DNA from: Octopus sinensis
Lineage: Eukaryota
Direction: 5' to 3'
DNA: 64,000 nucleotides
NCBI RefSeq assembly: GCF_006345805.1
Contig: NC_043001.1
Location: 23,870,001-23,934,000 of the forward strand
In this document: positions 51,715 through 64,000 of the stretch, piece by piece
Layout: each line of letters opens with the position of its first letter
Position numbering within the stretch: the first letter of the stretch is position 1
The notes under the pieces: generated by a model
The model's input: only the letters and a program-made list of their open reading frames with translations
The model's database searches: none
Told to the model about the DNA's origin: nothing
Translations under genes and position numbers: made by a program

Positions 51715-51950
51715 CGGTGTTACGGAAAGGAGACAACCATCAAGGAAATCCGGAGGGGAGCCACGTAGGCGGTTTAGTGTTCGACTTGACGCTCTTCTGG
51801 CAGCTCCTACAACCAAGCTGGTGGCAAAAGTAATGCTCGGCACTCTTTAGACTACTTCAGTAAGGTCGAGAGAGAAATCCTGACGATTGGGCTACCCAGG
51901 ATTTTCTTACCTCTAGCACAGGCCTGCACAAAACTGGAAAGGACATGAAA
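51715..51950 (+). mobile_element. Possible RTE-type LINE 5' UTR remnant, split by SINE A
   Basis: AAATCCGGAG...CTTCTGGCAGCTCCTACAACCAAGCTGGTG resembles RTE 5' UTRs from recall only. Confidence 0.35.
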
Positions 51951-52017
51951 TGTAAAAATCAGGCTGGATTAGTTTATACGCATCTCCATGGTCTCCCGAG
52001 ACAAAAGGATGCCTACA

Positions 52018-52101
<84 letters not shown>

Positions 52102-52469
52102 TTAGACTGGGGCCATGCTGGGACACAACCTTCAAGAATTTTAGTTGAACGAATCAACACAGTGCTTATTGTATCCGTCTCTTTGGCCGAACCGCCAAGT
52201 TACGGGAACGCAAACACACCAGCACCGGTTATCAATTGGCGGTACAACTCAAACATACGCACACAGACACACGCACCCACAAACTCACACACACACACAC
52301 ACACACACACACAGGCACACACATATACACACACACACAGCGGACGGGATTCTTTCAGTTTTCGTCTACCAAATCCCTTAACAACGCTTTGCAGAAGACA
52401 TTTTCCTAAGGCGCCACGCAGTAACACAGAAATCGGAACCATGTTCTTACCACATAGCCACGCCTGCGG

Positions 52470-52555
<86 letters not shown>
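52018..52555 (-). mobile_element. Degenerate SINE B between (TA)n tracts
   Basis: Reverse-complement group B motifs at ~52105-52470, flanked by long (TA)n. Confidence 0.7.
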
Positions 52556-52559
<4 letters not shown>

Positions 52560-53269
52560 CGCATACATGCATACATATATGAACACCAAATGCAAATAAC
52601 TAAGCAATCTTGATCATAACTTCATTTATTGGTATCTATAAGCTTTGTCTAAACAATAGATTTTCTTTTCATCATTTCATGATAGATTAGCCACTTAATA
52701 TATGATTGAAGAACGCACTCATTTGATCTCTATCTTCTCTCTCTCTCTCTCTCTCGTTAAATATTTGACTGGAACACTGTACTTATCTGCCTATTTATTA
52801 TCGTTTCCAACCTTTCTCCCTCGATGTATGACTAGATCAACGTACTCACTACCACGTTCTCTCTTTTTACTTATACTGTATTTGCTCGTCATTTACTAAC
52901 AAACCCTTTTACATTTTTCTCTTTTCTGGAGTCGTCACCAGTCTTTTTATGATGTGGTGGAATCAGCAATTTAGACAGAAAATAGCAAGTCTAGCACTTA
53001 ACTCACGGTATGAGACATACATTAACCTCATACTTACAAGAATGTAGATGAAGAACACACGATGTGTATAATACTGTACATAGAAAAATTTCATCCAAAA
53101 TAATATTAAAGTAACAATCGACAATCTCAAGCAGACGTTTTCTTGAGAATGGACACTGAGTTACAGATAGAAAACGTTACCACAAAAGGTACACCCAAAA
53201 AAACGTACTGACCTCACCTAATAGAAAACCCATAGCAATATTCTGTAATGGCGGAAACTGATAAAATAA

Positions 53270-53496
53270 ACGAACTAGCAGAGACGTTAGCACGCCGGGC
53301 GAAATGCTTAGCAGTATCTCGTCTGTCGTTACGTTCTGAGTTCAAATTCCGCCGAGGTCGACTTTGCCTTTCATCCTTTTGGGGTTGATTAAATAAGTAC
53401 CAGTTACGCACTGGGGTCGATATAATCGTTAATCCGTTTGTCTGTCCTTGTTTGTCCCCTCTGTGTTTAGACCCTTGTGGGTAGTAAAGAAATAGA
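53270..53496 (+). mobile_element. SINE group A, 5'-decayed
   Basis: Core plus long tail. Confidence 0.85.
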
Positions 53497-54533
53497 TATC
53501 ATAAGTGTGCTGACGAATATGTCAACGAGGTGCCAACTCCAAGAAAGGCAAAAACACACACTGTATTTTGTCTCCTGAATTTCCCAATACAATTGTCACT
53601 GTTAACACCAAATGATAGGCTTAGAGTTCATAAAAGAGCAAAGTAAAGGTTGGCTAACATTCTAAAAAATAATGCAGACGGTATATGTCCTTTATACCAC
53701 AAATTTTGGAAAATAGTTGTTACGGACAAAAATAAGGCAGCTCAAACCATTATATAGCATGATAATAATGGTCGCAAATTTGGCAAAAGACCAGCTATTT
53801 GAGAGGGAGAGGCATAGTCGATTGCATTGACCCCAGTTTTAGACAAGGTATCATAATAATTAGATTGATAATGTAATGGTAATAAATGAGTTAGCTAATA
53901 ATGAATTTGCTAATAAATTTTGAAGAGACTTCCCAGTATATTAATATAAAATCGATGTCAATCATTTGTAGGTCCTACTATTTTGAAAAGGATACTAGTG
54001 AAAATAGTTGCAAACATGAGATGCAAACTCATATATCAAAAGAAATATGAGATGCAAACTCGCATATCAAAAGAAATTAGGATTACTGTATACTGTATAA
54101 GTTGCTAACCTCATTCGAACTTATATAGGAGTGACTGTTCGAAATTTACGCGAGAGATCCAAGAGACATTGGAACAGTTATACGATTCCATTTTTCACCA
54201 ACACGCACTAGTTAAGCACAACGGTTCAGTTAGTATACTCCATGTAGCTATTATATCTATACATCCATGTGTTATCATGCTTAGACAAGCAACTGAATCA
54301 GTCTGCATATGAAGATGCTTACTTAATCTCGGTCTAAAATAAGAATGGGGTAACAATACAACATACGCCAGAAATGTACACCCCTCCTGTGTATATATAC
54401 ATGCCTCTTTGTGGTGTGCATATATATATATATATATATATATGTATATGAATGTATATGATTGATGATTGATTGATTCTAGTTTCAGCTCATGAGCTGT
54501 GGCCATGCTGGGGCACCGCCATATATATATATC

Positions 54534-54568
<35 letters not shown>

Positions 54569-54613
54569 ATGAATGTATACGAGACCAAAGTGTACGTACG
54601 CCGCTATATATAT

Positions 54614-54950
54614 ATCTCTATATATAAAACTGAGAATGTGTGTCTGTCTGTCTGCCTGTCTGTCTGTTTGTGTGTTTCCCTAAAACTTGAGAACTACACA
54701 ACCAATTTCATTCAAATTTTACACATGCCTTACTTAGGGTCCGGGGAGTGTCATCGGCAAAAAATTTTTTAAAACTTTTTGCCTAGGGCGAGCCCAAAGC
54801 AATATCATATCTTCTCCACTATTTCAGTATTACGTGTTAAAAGTGAAGCAAAAACATTTCTCTATTTTATGTCAGATACTTTCACTTTAACAATAAAAAT
54901 TATAATAACAATTGAATTATTTGTAGTAAGTAATAATTAAAATCAAACTA
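54614..54950 (+). mobile_element. Helitron-like 5' end with (GTCT)n
   Basis: ATCTCTATATATAAAA...GTGTGTCTGTCTG resembles the 5' end of the 26974-27372 element; right boundary uncertain. Confidence 0.55.
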
Positions 54951-55567
54951 AAGTATAATATAATCGTAACATAACAAAAGTAAAAATAGCAATTGGTATA
55001 AAATTGCATCAATAAAATTAGCGTGCAGAAATGGAATAGTCCAGATGGATAATAAAAAATGAAATTAAAGAAAAGACTATTGTCTATAAAGTATACAATG
55101 CAGAGAAAAAAGATTTGAACACCTGGAGGAAAGCACCATCGAAAAGTGTCTTGGTGCGACTATGAAAGATATCTAACCAGAGGCGGTAAATTCGCCACAA
55201 TAGAAGCAAGGTTCGAGTCAATGGAGCGTGCAAGTGAGTACTCGACTCGAACTTGCAAAGTGGAAATATTTTATTTTTACCTTTATATCTGGGACGTAGG
55301 ACGTGCCGGATAAAAATTAAAAATGACTTCCCCACCCGAAGTTGAGGTAGGCTGGATTGTAGCACACTTCTATACAAGAGGGAGGACAAGATGCAATTGA
55401 TCGAAATTGCAAGAGACGGGCTTACAATTCCAGTCTGTTATATATTTTAAGTATTGTTATCACTAGCGATATCAAGATATAACTTTGTATTTTGTATTTT
55501 AGGTGTAGATGTATATATATAGATGTACATGTAATATGTACACATATATATACACATATATACATGC

Positions 55568-55608
55568 ACTAGCACTATGATCCGGCAACGACGGGTCATA
55601 ATGCTAAT
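55568..55608. repeat. ~40-bp palindrome resembling a doubled Helitron 3' terminus
   Basis: ACTAGCACTATGATCCG-GCAACGA-CGGGTCATAATGCTAAT. Confidence 0.55.
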
Positions 55609-55738
55609 ATATATATATATATACAAAATGGGACAAGAACGCAAAATATCCGTCCAGCTAGGTGATACAAAAAGGGACAACAAAACACCCAGATAGACAA
55701 TACAAAGGAACCAAAGACGGGTTATTCGAAGTTTTCTA

Positions 55739-55777
<39 letters not shown>

Positions 55778-56358
55778 TGTGTGTTTGCCTAGGATTGCAT
55801 TTAAGCGTTTTGTGAAGGTATTAGTAGATATATAAGTATATATGTGTACATTTAGGTTTCTATGCATATATGCATATGTACATACATGTATATGTATGTA
55901 TATACGCAAATGTGTTTATGTATGTGAGTGCGTAAATAAATGTATAATTGTGTCATTATTGATATATTTGTAAATTTATGCTGACTAGTTACTTTAATGC
56001 TTATTCATATTACTTCCAGTTTAAGTGTTTCCGACTCAATTTTCGTTCCCCAATCTTTGTATACTTTAACGCAAACAGTAGAAAGCAAATTTCTAAGATC
56101 TAAACAACAGAAGAGAAGCTATCTAATATACATTACGTTTTGTACGTAGCGAACAGAAACTGGATGGTAATAAAAATAAACTAAACTAAACTAAAAAATA
56201 AATAAATAAAAGGAATGATGAAAGAAAACGGGTGGAAAATGGTGGCATTAATAATCCTGTGTGGTAAACAGGTAAAAAATGCAAGCTGAAGATGGCTGAC
56301 GATGATCAAACTGTGATTGATGTCGCCGGGTCAAAATCAATCTATAAAATGTAACAAA

Positions 56359-56527
56359 CAGGAGTGGCTGTGTGGTAAGTAGCTTGCTAACCAACCACAT
56401 GGTTCCGGGTTCAGTCCCACTGCGTGGCATCTTGGGCAAGTGTCTTCTGCTATAGCCCCGGGCCGACCAATGCCTTGTGAGTGGATTTGGTAGACGGAAA
56501 CTGAAAGAAGCCTGTCGTATATATGTA

Positions 56528-56601
<74 letters not shown>

Positions 56602-56804
56602 TCCCCCTAGCATTGCTTGACAACCGATGCTGGTGTGTTTACGTCCCCGTCACTTAGCGGTTCGGCGAAAGAGACCGATAGAATAAGTACTGGGCTTACA
56701 AAGAATAAGTCCCGGGGTCGATTTGCTCGACTAAAGGCGGTGCTCCAGCATGGCCGCAGTCAAATGACTGAAACAAGTTAAAAAGAGTTAAAGAGTAAAG
56801 AGTA
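56359..56804 (+). mobile_element. SINE group B, near full length
   Basis: Clean copy with internal (TA)n(TG)n. Confidence 0.9.
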
Positions 56805-57329
56805 AACATGTCTCTGAGTTCAAAATGAAAGACACAAATAAAATAAACAAAAGAAAAAAGAGAAAAGCTAGGTCTAAGTCTAAGAAGGGGTATTAACAAA
56901 CCCTTAAGTAAATGCAAGGGAATTGTTTCAGTGACAAGGTCACAGATGTGCAACAAAGGATTTTTTCCACAATATAATTGCCTTTTTTGTTATATCTAAC
57001 AAAGCATTTGTAAAATTTGAAAAGCAACATTGTGTGAATGTCAGGTGGATTTTAATTCATTGCTTTTCTTTTTTCTGCCTTCAAAACGCGAATTATTTGA
57101 AAATATCTTTACTCGATATTTATATTTAAATATAAGAAAATTACAAGGAAATTCGCAGATCTTCTTTTTATACTTTATAACCAAATAGATTTACAGTTAT
57201 GCATTTTCTGACAAAACCGGAAGCTAGAAACATATGCAGGTCGTAATGAAAAAAATTAGCAATTAAATATTAATTCTGGATGACTTAGCCTTGAGCCATT
57301 CATTCTAAATGTGTCTACAAACATATATT

Positions 57330-57495
57330 CTTTTCTACTCTAGGCACAAGGCCCGAAATTTGGGGGAAGAGGGCCAGTCGATTAGATCGACTCCAGTACG
57401 CAACTTGTACTTAATTTGTCGACCCCGAAAGGATGAAAGATGAAGTCGATCTCGGTGGAATTTAAACTCAGAACGTAAAGACAGACGAAATACCG
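57330..57495 (-). mobile_element. SINE group A, short tail type
   Basis: CTACTCTAGGCACAAGGCCCGAAATTT tail plus core in reverse. Confidence 0.8.
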
Positions 57496-57599
57496 TTAAA
57501 ATATGCAAACATATATTGAAATACACACTCTCTCTTTCTTTGTCTCTCTTACGTACAAACTCATACATATATACAATTGTATGTGCTTGTATACACATA

Positions 57600-57742
<143 letters not shown>

Positions 57743-57744
57743 TA

Positions 57745-58297
57745 CCCTGATGCAGTACCAGGCAGTGGCTCTCATGGCTTCTGATCTTAACTGATTGGAA
57801 GTGTTATCATGTACGTTGTTTTGTATTGGTATAAAAGATGGGCTACAGCAAATATTCTGCTCAATACCACAGATTTGCTTGTCAGTTGTTTGACCATAAC
57901 CAGTTGAGCATGTCCCTTTGTGACTGACGATATGTGCATCTCTGATCACGAGCAGAAGTAGTGGGGCAGCATCATAGCCATGTGTTGAGAAGGATTCTTT
58001 GGGGTTTGAATAATTCACCTCTGGAAACATGGGTGTTTCGTTCAACGTCCTTAAACAACCCTTATTCAGGGACCTTTTGAGCGGGATGGGTTACTCGATC
58101 TGAAGAAAATTCTAACTGGGCTCCACCTGCAAGGTCATGTGCTGTTTATCTTGATATGAGATCACCATGTCGCGCACATATGGTTGTGATGCATGTGCCT
58201 GGTGTACCCTTATCAGACGGGTAGTCATGATGGGTATACTGGGCTTCGTATATTTTACCCCAGTGTCACTTTGATGGCATGCTCTGCTCGCTCACTC
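57745..58297 (+). mobile_element. Group E element, full length, between (AAT)n tracts
   Basis: Starts CCCTGATGCAGTACC, as does the 17760 copy; ends CTCACTC(AAT)n. Confidence 0.85.
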
Positions 58298-58379
<82 letters not shown>

Positions 58380-58459
58380 GTAATAATAATAGTAATAATA
58401 ATAGTAATAATAATAGTAATAATAATAGTAATAATAATAGTAATAATAATAATAATAAT
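58298..58459. repeat. (AAT)n/(AATAATAGT)n microsatellite
   Basis: Direct reading. Confidence 0.95.
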
Positions 58460-58675
58460 GAGGTAACTCGAATGTGGAGTCTAAATTACCAGAAACAATT
58501 CCTATCATAGTAGGCGCATTAGGTTTGATGAAAAAGTATTAAGATACATACATAACAAAAACACTAGGACTAACAAGCATATATAACATACAGAAAATAG
58601 CACTACTAGGCACGGCACTCAGAGCTGCACTCGGGAGTGCAATGAAAGCACGTGATAAAAATAAGACTACTGAAT
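58460..58675 (+). mobile_element. 5'-truncated, decayed R4/Dong-type element
   Basis: EVTRMW / ETIPIIVGALG...IQKIALLGTA then 3' UTR ending ACTACTGAAT; homologous to 17254-17510. Confidence 0.8.
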
Positions 58676-58713
58676 AACAACAACAACGACAATAATAATA
58701 ATGATGATTATGG

Positions 58714-58794
<81 letters not shown>

Positions 58795-58829
58795 TGATGA
58801 TAATAATAATATAATAATAATAATAATAA

Positions 58830-58867
<38 letters not shown>

Positions 58868-58922
58868 GCACAAGAATCTGAGGCCCAATTATCTCCCTTA
58901 CCATTACCCCCACCTTTGTTAG

Positions 58923-59213
58923 TGTTAGTGTTCAGGTCACTGCTTGGAATAGAAATCGGAATCTTGGGGTTACTACTAACCCCAAGATTCCGAATTCGAT
59001 TCCAAGCAGTGACCTGAACACTAACAACAACAATAACATCAATAATAATAATAACATCGAAAAATACCTTAGGAATGAGAACCCAGGTTCGAAATTTCCC
59101 CAAAACACCCGAAGAAGGCTGGAGGGTATATCAGCCGGAACGTTGTGTTAACAACAAACAAGATGAGGACAAATATCCGTCGAATGTAAATAATGTAAAT
59201 AATGTGGAGTAAA
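58923..59213 (+). mobile_element. tRNA-headed, hammerhead-bearing Penelope-type element with 5' inverted duplication
   Basis: 50-bp-arm hairpin 58923-59026; B-box-like GAATTCGATTCC; decayed hammerhead at 59104-59149; ends (GTAAATAAT)2GT. Confidence 0.55.
59104..59149 (+). ncRNA. Decayed minimal hammerhead motif
   Basis: AACAC-CCGAAGA-A-GGCTG gagggtatat CAGCC-GGAACGTT-GTGTT; both stems intact, two core substitutions (U4C, A13G). Confidence 0.55.
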
Positions 59214-59689
59214 CAGTGGTTAAGCGGAAGGAAACTCAAATCAGTTGGACTGCTTGACAAGGGCCGATGTGTTCTAGGACTGCATCTTACTCCGGTGTCT
59301 TTTTTGGCATGGTTTCTACGGCTTGATGTCCTTCTTCAATCCAGTCTCTTTACAGAGCGAACCGAGTGCTTTTTAGGTCACCATACAGCTCGCAGGTCTA
59401 TAAACCCTGGTAGGGGTATGGTCAGCTTCAGGTTAGTGGACGAGGGAATTGAACAATGAGAAGCGGCGGGAGGCAGTGGCGGATTTTGTAGATGATCTGC
59501 ATGGCTGCCCACAAATAATAGGGGAAGAGATTCGTCACTAGCATATGAAATACGTATGTGATTGTGTATGCCCATGTTTGATACACACGCTCACGCATAC
59601 ATGTATGAATGTCTGTGAGTGAGCACACATTTATCCTGAGGTTGACAACAGCCAGTTGAAGTAGACCCACGCAAAAATATCTTAGGAGG

Positions 59690-60330
59690 CTGCAGAAAAA
59701 CTAAATGTTTGTTGATCAATAGTTGAACGATATAAGCACCACATTAAAAAGTGTGGAAAACTCGATAAACGGGTGTCATACGTACGGGTTGAACGTTAAA
59801 AAAAGTACCGTTACAAAGTCATCTTGGATTAAAACTGGATTCTATAGACAACGAACGGTATACCACGCAGTGAATGATCTGAGGTGAAGCATCAAAACGC
59901 TTTCCCGAATCAAAGCTACCTCAGATGAAAGTTATGGTCGCTGATCCTGACGAACCAATCACAGCAGAGAAGTATTTGCAGGAAAGCGACAAAACATATC
60001 AAGGGCTTGAAAGTTTACGTTTAGCTTTGGTTTATGGAAAAGGGCCAAATCTTTTCCCTGACAATGCCTAATCGCATGTCTCACAAATGGTAAATGACTA
60101 CAGAAATTGAACAAAGTGAATTCTGAGACTACTTCATTCAGCATACTCCTTACATTACTTTCTAACCAAGTACTGTTTTGTCTAGTTCAATAAATTCCCC
60201 CAGAAGGTCTTCAACAAACACTTTTGAACTATACATCAGTTCCAAGATTAAAAAATCCTGTTATTGCAAAATATTGACTGATTTTTTGTTGGGAAGATCC
60301 TAGCGCGTATCGTTTCGATTTATGGCTATT
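59690..60330 (+). pseudogene. Decayed mariner (DD34D-type) transposase
   Basis: KLDKRVS, WIL.DN, ASKRFPESKLPQMKVMV, PDEPITAEKYLQE, LALVYGKGPNLFPDNA*SHVS, HSAYS follow the motif order of Hsmar1/Mos1-type transposases. Confidence 0.75.
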
Positions 60331-60470
60331 GCGTTAAATTTGATGGTTGAAAACTTGTAAGAAATCTAGTAGTATAATAGTATAGAATAAACAATGCCAG
60401 ATCAAGCAACACCTTTGACCATAGGCTTCCTGGTAAAGGATGACATGGAGCTAAATAAGAACAAGGAAGA

Positions 60471-61072
60471 TATTTCTTTATTAACCTATAAAGGTTTTAC
60501 ATAGAGGGGACATTACAAGGACAGACGAGGGACATTCAGGGTACAAACTCGCTTCTTACATACAGTGTGAAAAACCGGATGGATTTACATATATTGTGAA
60601 TGAGGGTTAAAAATATAAATAAAAATGATGATCGGATGAGTTTTGGGTCCGGGTTAGTGAGTTAACCCGCCGGTTGGTTATCCATGTTTGGTAATCTTTT
60701 TCCTTCCTTTTATGCCCCGACCGACCGTGCAAGCACAGCCTCGTACATTCTCATCTTTCTTACCACTGTCGTCCATCTTTTTCCAAACGCTCTTTGCGGC
60801 AGGCTCCTCCTCTCCAGACGGATCTTGCTGGACAGATGGGCAGCGAAGTAATTCCCCAGCCCACGTCCGGAGATGAATTGACCTGTCGCAATCCCTTTTG
60901 CTCGCGTCTTCCATACCACATCTTTCAGTATGGTTACTACGCAGAGAAAAGCTACCTTCTTTTCTTTGGCGAAAGAGGAAGGTGGTACAATCTTTATCAT
61001 GGACTCGGACGAGAGTCGTACTCGCTCCGCATCCGACAACAGCTGTTCGGCAAAGGCCATCAACTCCCTCAC
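60471..61072 (-). mobile_element. 5'-truncated Tx1/L1-type LINE with 11-bp TSD
   Basis: Open ORF2 C-terminus RELMAFAEQLL...ILKDVVWKTRAKG...HLSSKIRLERR..AFGKRW (stop at 60710); ~240-bp 3' UTR ending AATAAAGAAATA; TSD AACAAGGAAGA at 60460-60470 and 61073-61083. Confidence 0.75.
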
Positions 61073-61996
61073 AACAAGGAAGAACACGTCAAGAGCAAGA
61101 ACTACGACAATAACAACGATGACTACGACATTGTGACGCAAAATGAGTATAGTTGTATTCAATATATATTTTTTGTTCCGACGTGACATATATTTTAGTT
61201 GCTGTCTCAATATTTTACATTATCGCATGATAAAACATGCATTAAAAAAAATCAAATAAATAAATAATCAACTAAAACTGCTATTTGAAAATATAATGTG
61301 GAATAAAGGTTATAATTCATGTGTAGTTTACTTCAACATTTTCATACATTCATATTTGAATTTGAAAGTATGTTTTAAAATGGTTACTGCATATTTCAAA
61401 GCACTCCTAAGCAATTGTTAACTAAGTATTATATAGAAAGACCACTTGAGAGGTGATATTATAGAGAGCGTTCAAGGATCTATTATTCAGAGGTTTTGTT
61501 CAATGGTGAGAATTGTGTGTATCGTTGATGTAAGGAAAATAGGAAAAAAATCTAGTTGACAGTCCATCTATTGTCTTGTGGAGATTTTTATCTTTTATTT
61601 ATTATCAGGAATAATAAAGAAAGAAGCAGCTGTTATCGTAGGACTGTTCTTTAGTTCACGTCGCCGGCGCACATACGTCAGCACTCAAAATAGATTTTAA
61701 AAATGTGCTGAGTGTAGGTTACTAATTCTGCATCCATGCTTGTAGTCATTTTCTAACTCATTCACCCTCATTCTTTTCACGTTCTGATCTTAAGCAAAGA
61801 AAGGAGAAAAGCGATATCGTTCTCATTTAGCGAAGCACTTTTCATAGAGCAAACGCTGTTTTTTTCTTTCCTTTTTTCTATAGAATAGAGTGATAGGTGG
61901 AAGATATTCTCATCAGATAAAGTGTTAGAGATAGAAACAGAGAAAAAAGGATGAGGAAGAGTGAAAAGCGAGGGGTATATATATATATATACATAC

Positions 61997-62064
<68 letters not shown>

Positions 62065-63079
62065 CAGAGAGAGAGAGAGAGAGGGGAATCATAGTAATCT
62101 TTGTGTGTAAGAATAAAATTGTATTTGAATTTATAACTAATAGTGCATTTATTAAATGAATGAATTACGCGAAGTACTTTATCTGAAGTGATCTGGCATT
62201 TAAATTTTATATAGCTGGCTTGCTAACACGAAAGCCTGAGATTAAATACATATAATTAAAAATTAAATCTTATGGCTTAGAACACCAATCAAAATATTCC
62301 TTTTAATTCTATTTTACATAAGAAGGGCAACAAATTTCAAAGAAATGACTTTTCAATGATAGGTTTGAGGTCATTGAGTTCAATTTTTTTACATTTAGGC
62401 CCTTGATTTTCCTTTACCGTTTTCTTTTACGTAAGCAAGTCTCTTTTAAGACAGATGTCATTTATATACGTAGGAAACGTACTTGATCGTTTAGCACTAA
62501 ACTTTGGTTTCTTCAAACGTCTTCTTTCACGCACAAAAGATTATATAGTTTTAATATAAAGTATATCCCTGGAATAATTCTAAAACACATTTATTCAGGA
62601 CTGGAGTGAAAGCAAAATTCGTGTTATGTCAGAGGCTGTGAGGAGCAAATATCTTCTTGGGGAATGAGAAAATACGATAGACTATAAGATAGGATATGGC
62701 AACAAGAGTAAGACCAGAAGAAAGTGTAAAAAAGGAGGTGGAAAGGAAAGATGAATGGAAGGTAGACGACAAAAAGCCATGGAGAACCAAAAGGAAAGGA
62801 AAGGAAAAAAATCACCCACTCACTCCACCAAGCGTAACAAAATAAAAAAGGATAAACGAAACAGATTTGGTCCTAGCTTTAACAGCAAATGTAAAAAGGA
62901 ATTTATTAGCATAATCTTCAAGTGTGTGAAATGAATTTGCATATCATTTCTGTAAATTGATTTGGTGCTGGTGGATAAATTGCTAATTGTCATGAAATGT
63001 TCTATATTCTGGAGGTGGCTTTCCTTTCTTCGAAATGAGATGTGCTTCACGAATATCTTACATTATCACAACACAATAT

Positions 63080-63500
63080 AAGGCAGTGAGCTGGCAGAGT
63101 CGTTAGCACGCCGGGCGAAATGCTTAGCAGTTTTTCGTCTGCCGCTACGTTCTAAGTTCAAATTCCGCCGAGGTCGACTTTGCCTTTCATCCTTTCGGAG
63201 TTGATAAATTAAGTACCAGTTACGCACTGGGGTCGGTATAATCGACTTCATCCGTTTGTCCGTCTTTGTTTGTCCCCACTACGTTTAGCCCCTTGTGGGC
63301 AGTAAAGAAATAAGAATCGTTAACATGCCGGACATAATACTTAGCGGCATTTTGTCCGTCTTTACATTCTGAGTCCAAACTCCGTCGACTTTGCTTTTCA
63401 TCCTTTCGGGGTCGCACTGAGGTCGATGAAGTCAACTAGCCCTATCCCCCAAATAAGAAAAACAAAATTGGGCCTTGTAGCTATAATAGAAAGGATTATT
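63080..63500 (+). mobile_element. SINE A pair in tandem
   Basis: Full unit with long tail joined to a decayed unit with the short tail. Confidence 0.85.
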
Positions 63501-64000
63501 ACAACCGAGTATTAATTTTATTTGAAACTAAAGTAACACTGCCATAAAACAACAAACAATAGCAACGTCAATTCAAATTATGAAGCTTCAGTTTCGATTT
63601 CTGATTCCTTAGATATATTTTGTGATCGATTTCCGATATTTTCCTGACTTTCATTAGAAAAGACTCAGCAATCTGTTAAATCTGTGATTACTTCAATCGC
63701 TATCGGAATATTTTCAACTTAAGAAGAAAAGTTTAATGAGATAACCTAAAAAAATTTCTTTTTACCATTTTGCTATCAAACTTATCAAATAATCCTTTAA
63801 CTGCATGACATCACGCTCGCTTCTTAAGAGAAGCTTACCTACAACGAAGATCCAAATCATAGCGACCAGGTGTAAATATTAATATAATTTTACCCTACAA
63901 TAAACTCTGTACATTAACGATCGAAAATTTGAAACTCTATTTCAGTTACTGGTTAAAGATTTTTATCTTCAGTTTTGTTCTATTTTTTTTTTTTTTGAGA

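Noticed and set aside
55020-55420. Possible LINE ORF1 remnant (YLGRRTCRIKIKNDFPPEVEVGW); a similar impression at 22450-22800
   Set aside because: Based on recall only, multiple stops; needs a profile search.

Overview
AT-rich eukaryotic non-coding DNA, almost certainly from an octopus. This assignment is inferred from the tRNA-derived SINE families, including a CORE-type one, and the extreme (TA)n/(TG)n/(TAA)n load. I can support no host exon, rRNA, true tRNA gene or CRISPR array. Nearly all ORFs in the track are microsatellite or SINE artefacts. Contents: about 45 copies of four tRNA-derived SINE groups (my labels A-D); R4/Dong-type LINE fragments in (TAA)n; two Tx1/L1-type ORF2 3' fragments; two decayed Tc1/mariner transposases; a pogo/Tigger derivative; Merlin-like MITEs; non-autonomous Helitrons; Penelope-type fragments; and many long hairpins. 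Most interesting: (1) a 353-bp-period repeat carrying a minimal type I hammerhead ribozyme, inserted as direct plus inverted copies inside a 13-bp TSD (retrozyme-like); (2) two more minimal hammerhead motifs, one behind a tRNA-like head; (3) the tail of the most abundant SINE matches the 3' end of a Tx1/L1-type LINE in the same window; (4) an unclassified ~550-bp (AAT)n-tailed element found next to Dong remnants at all three of its loci. All alignments and coordinates were done by eye.
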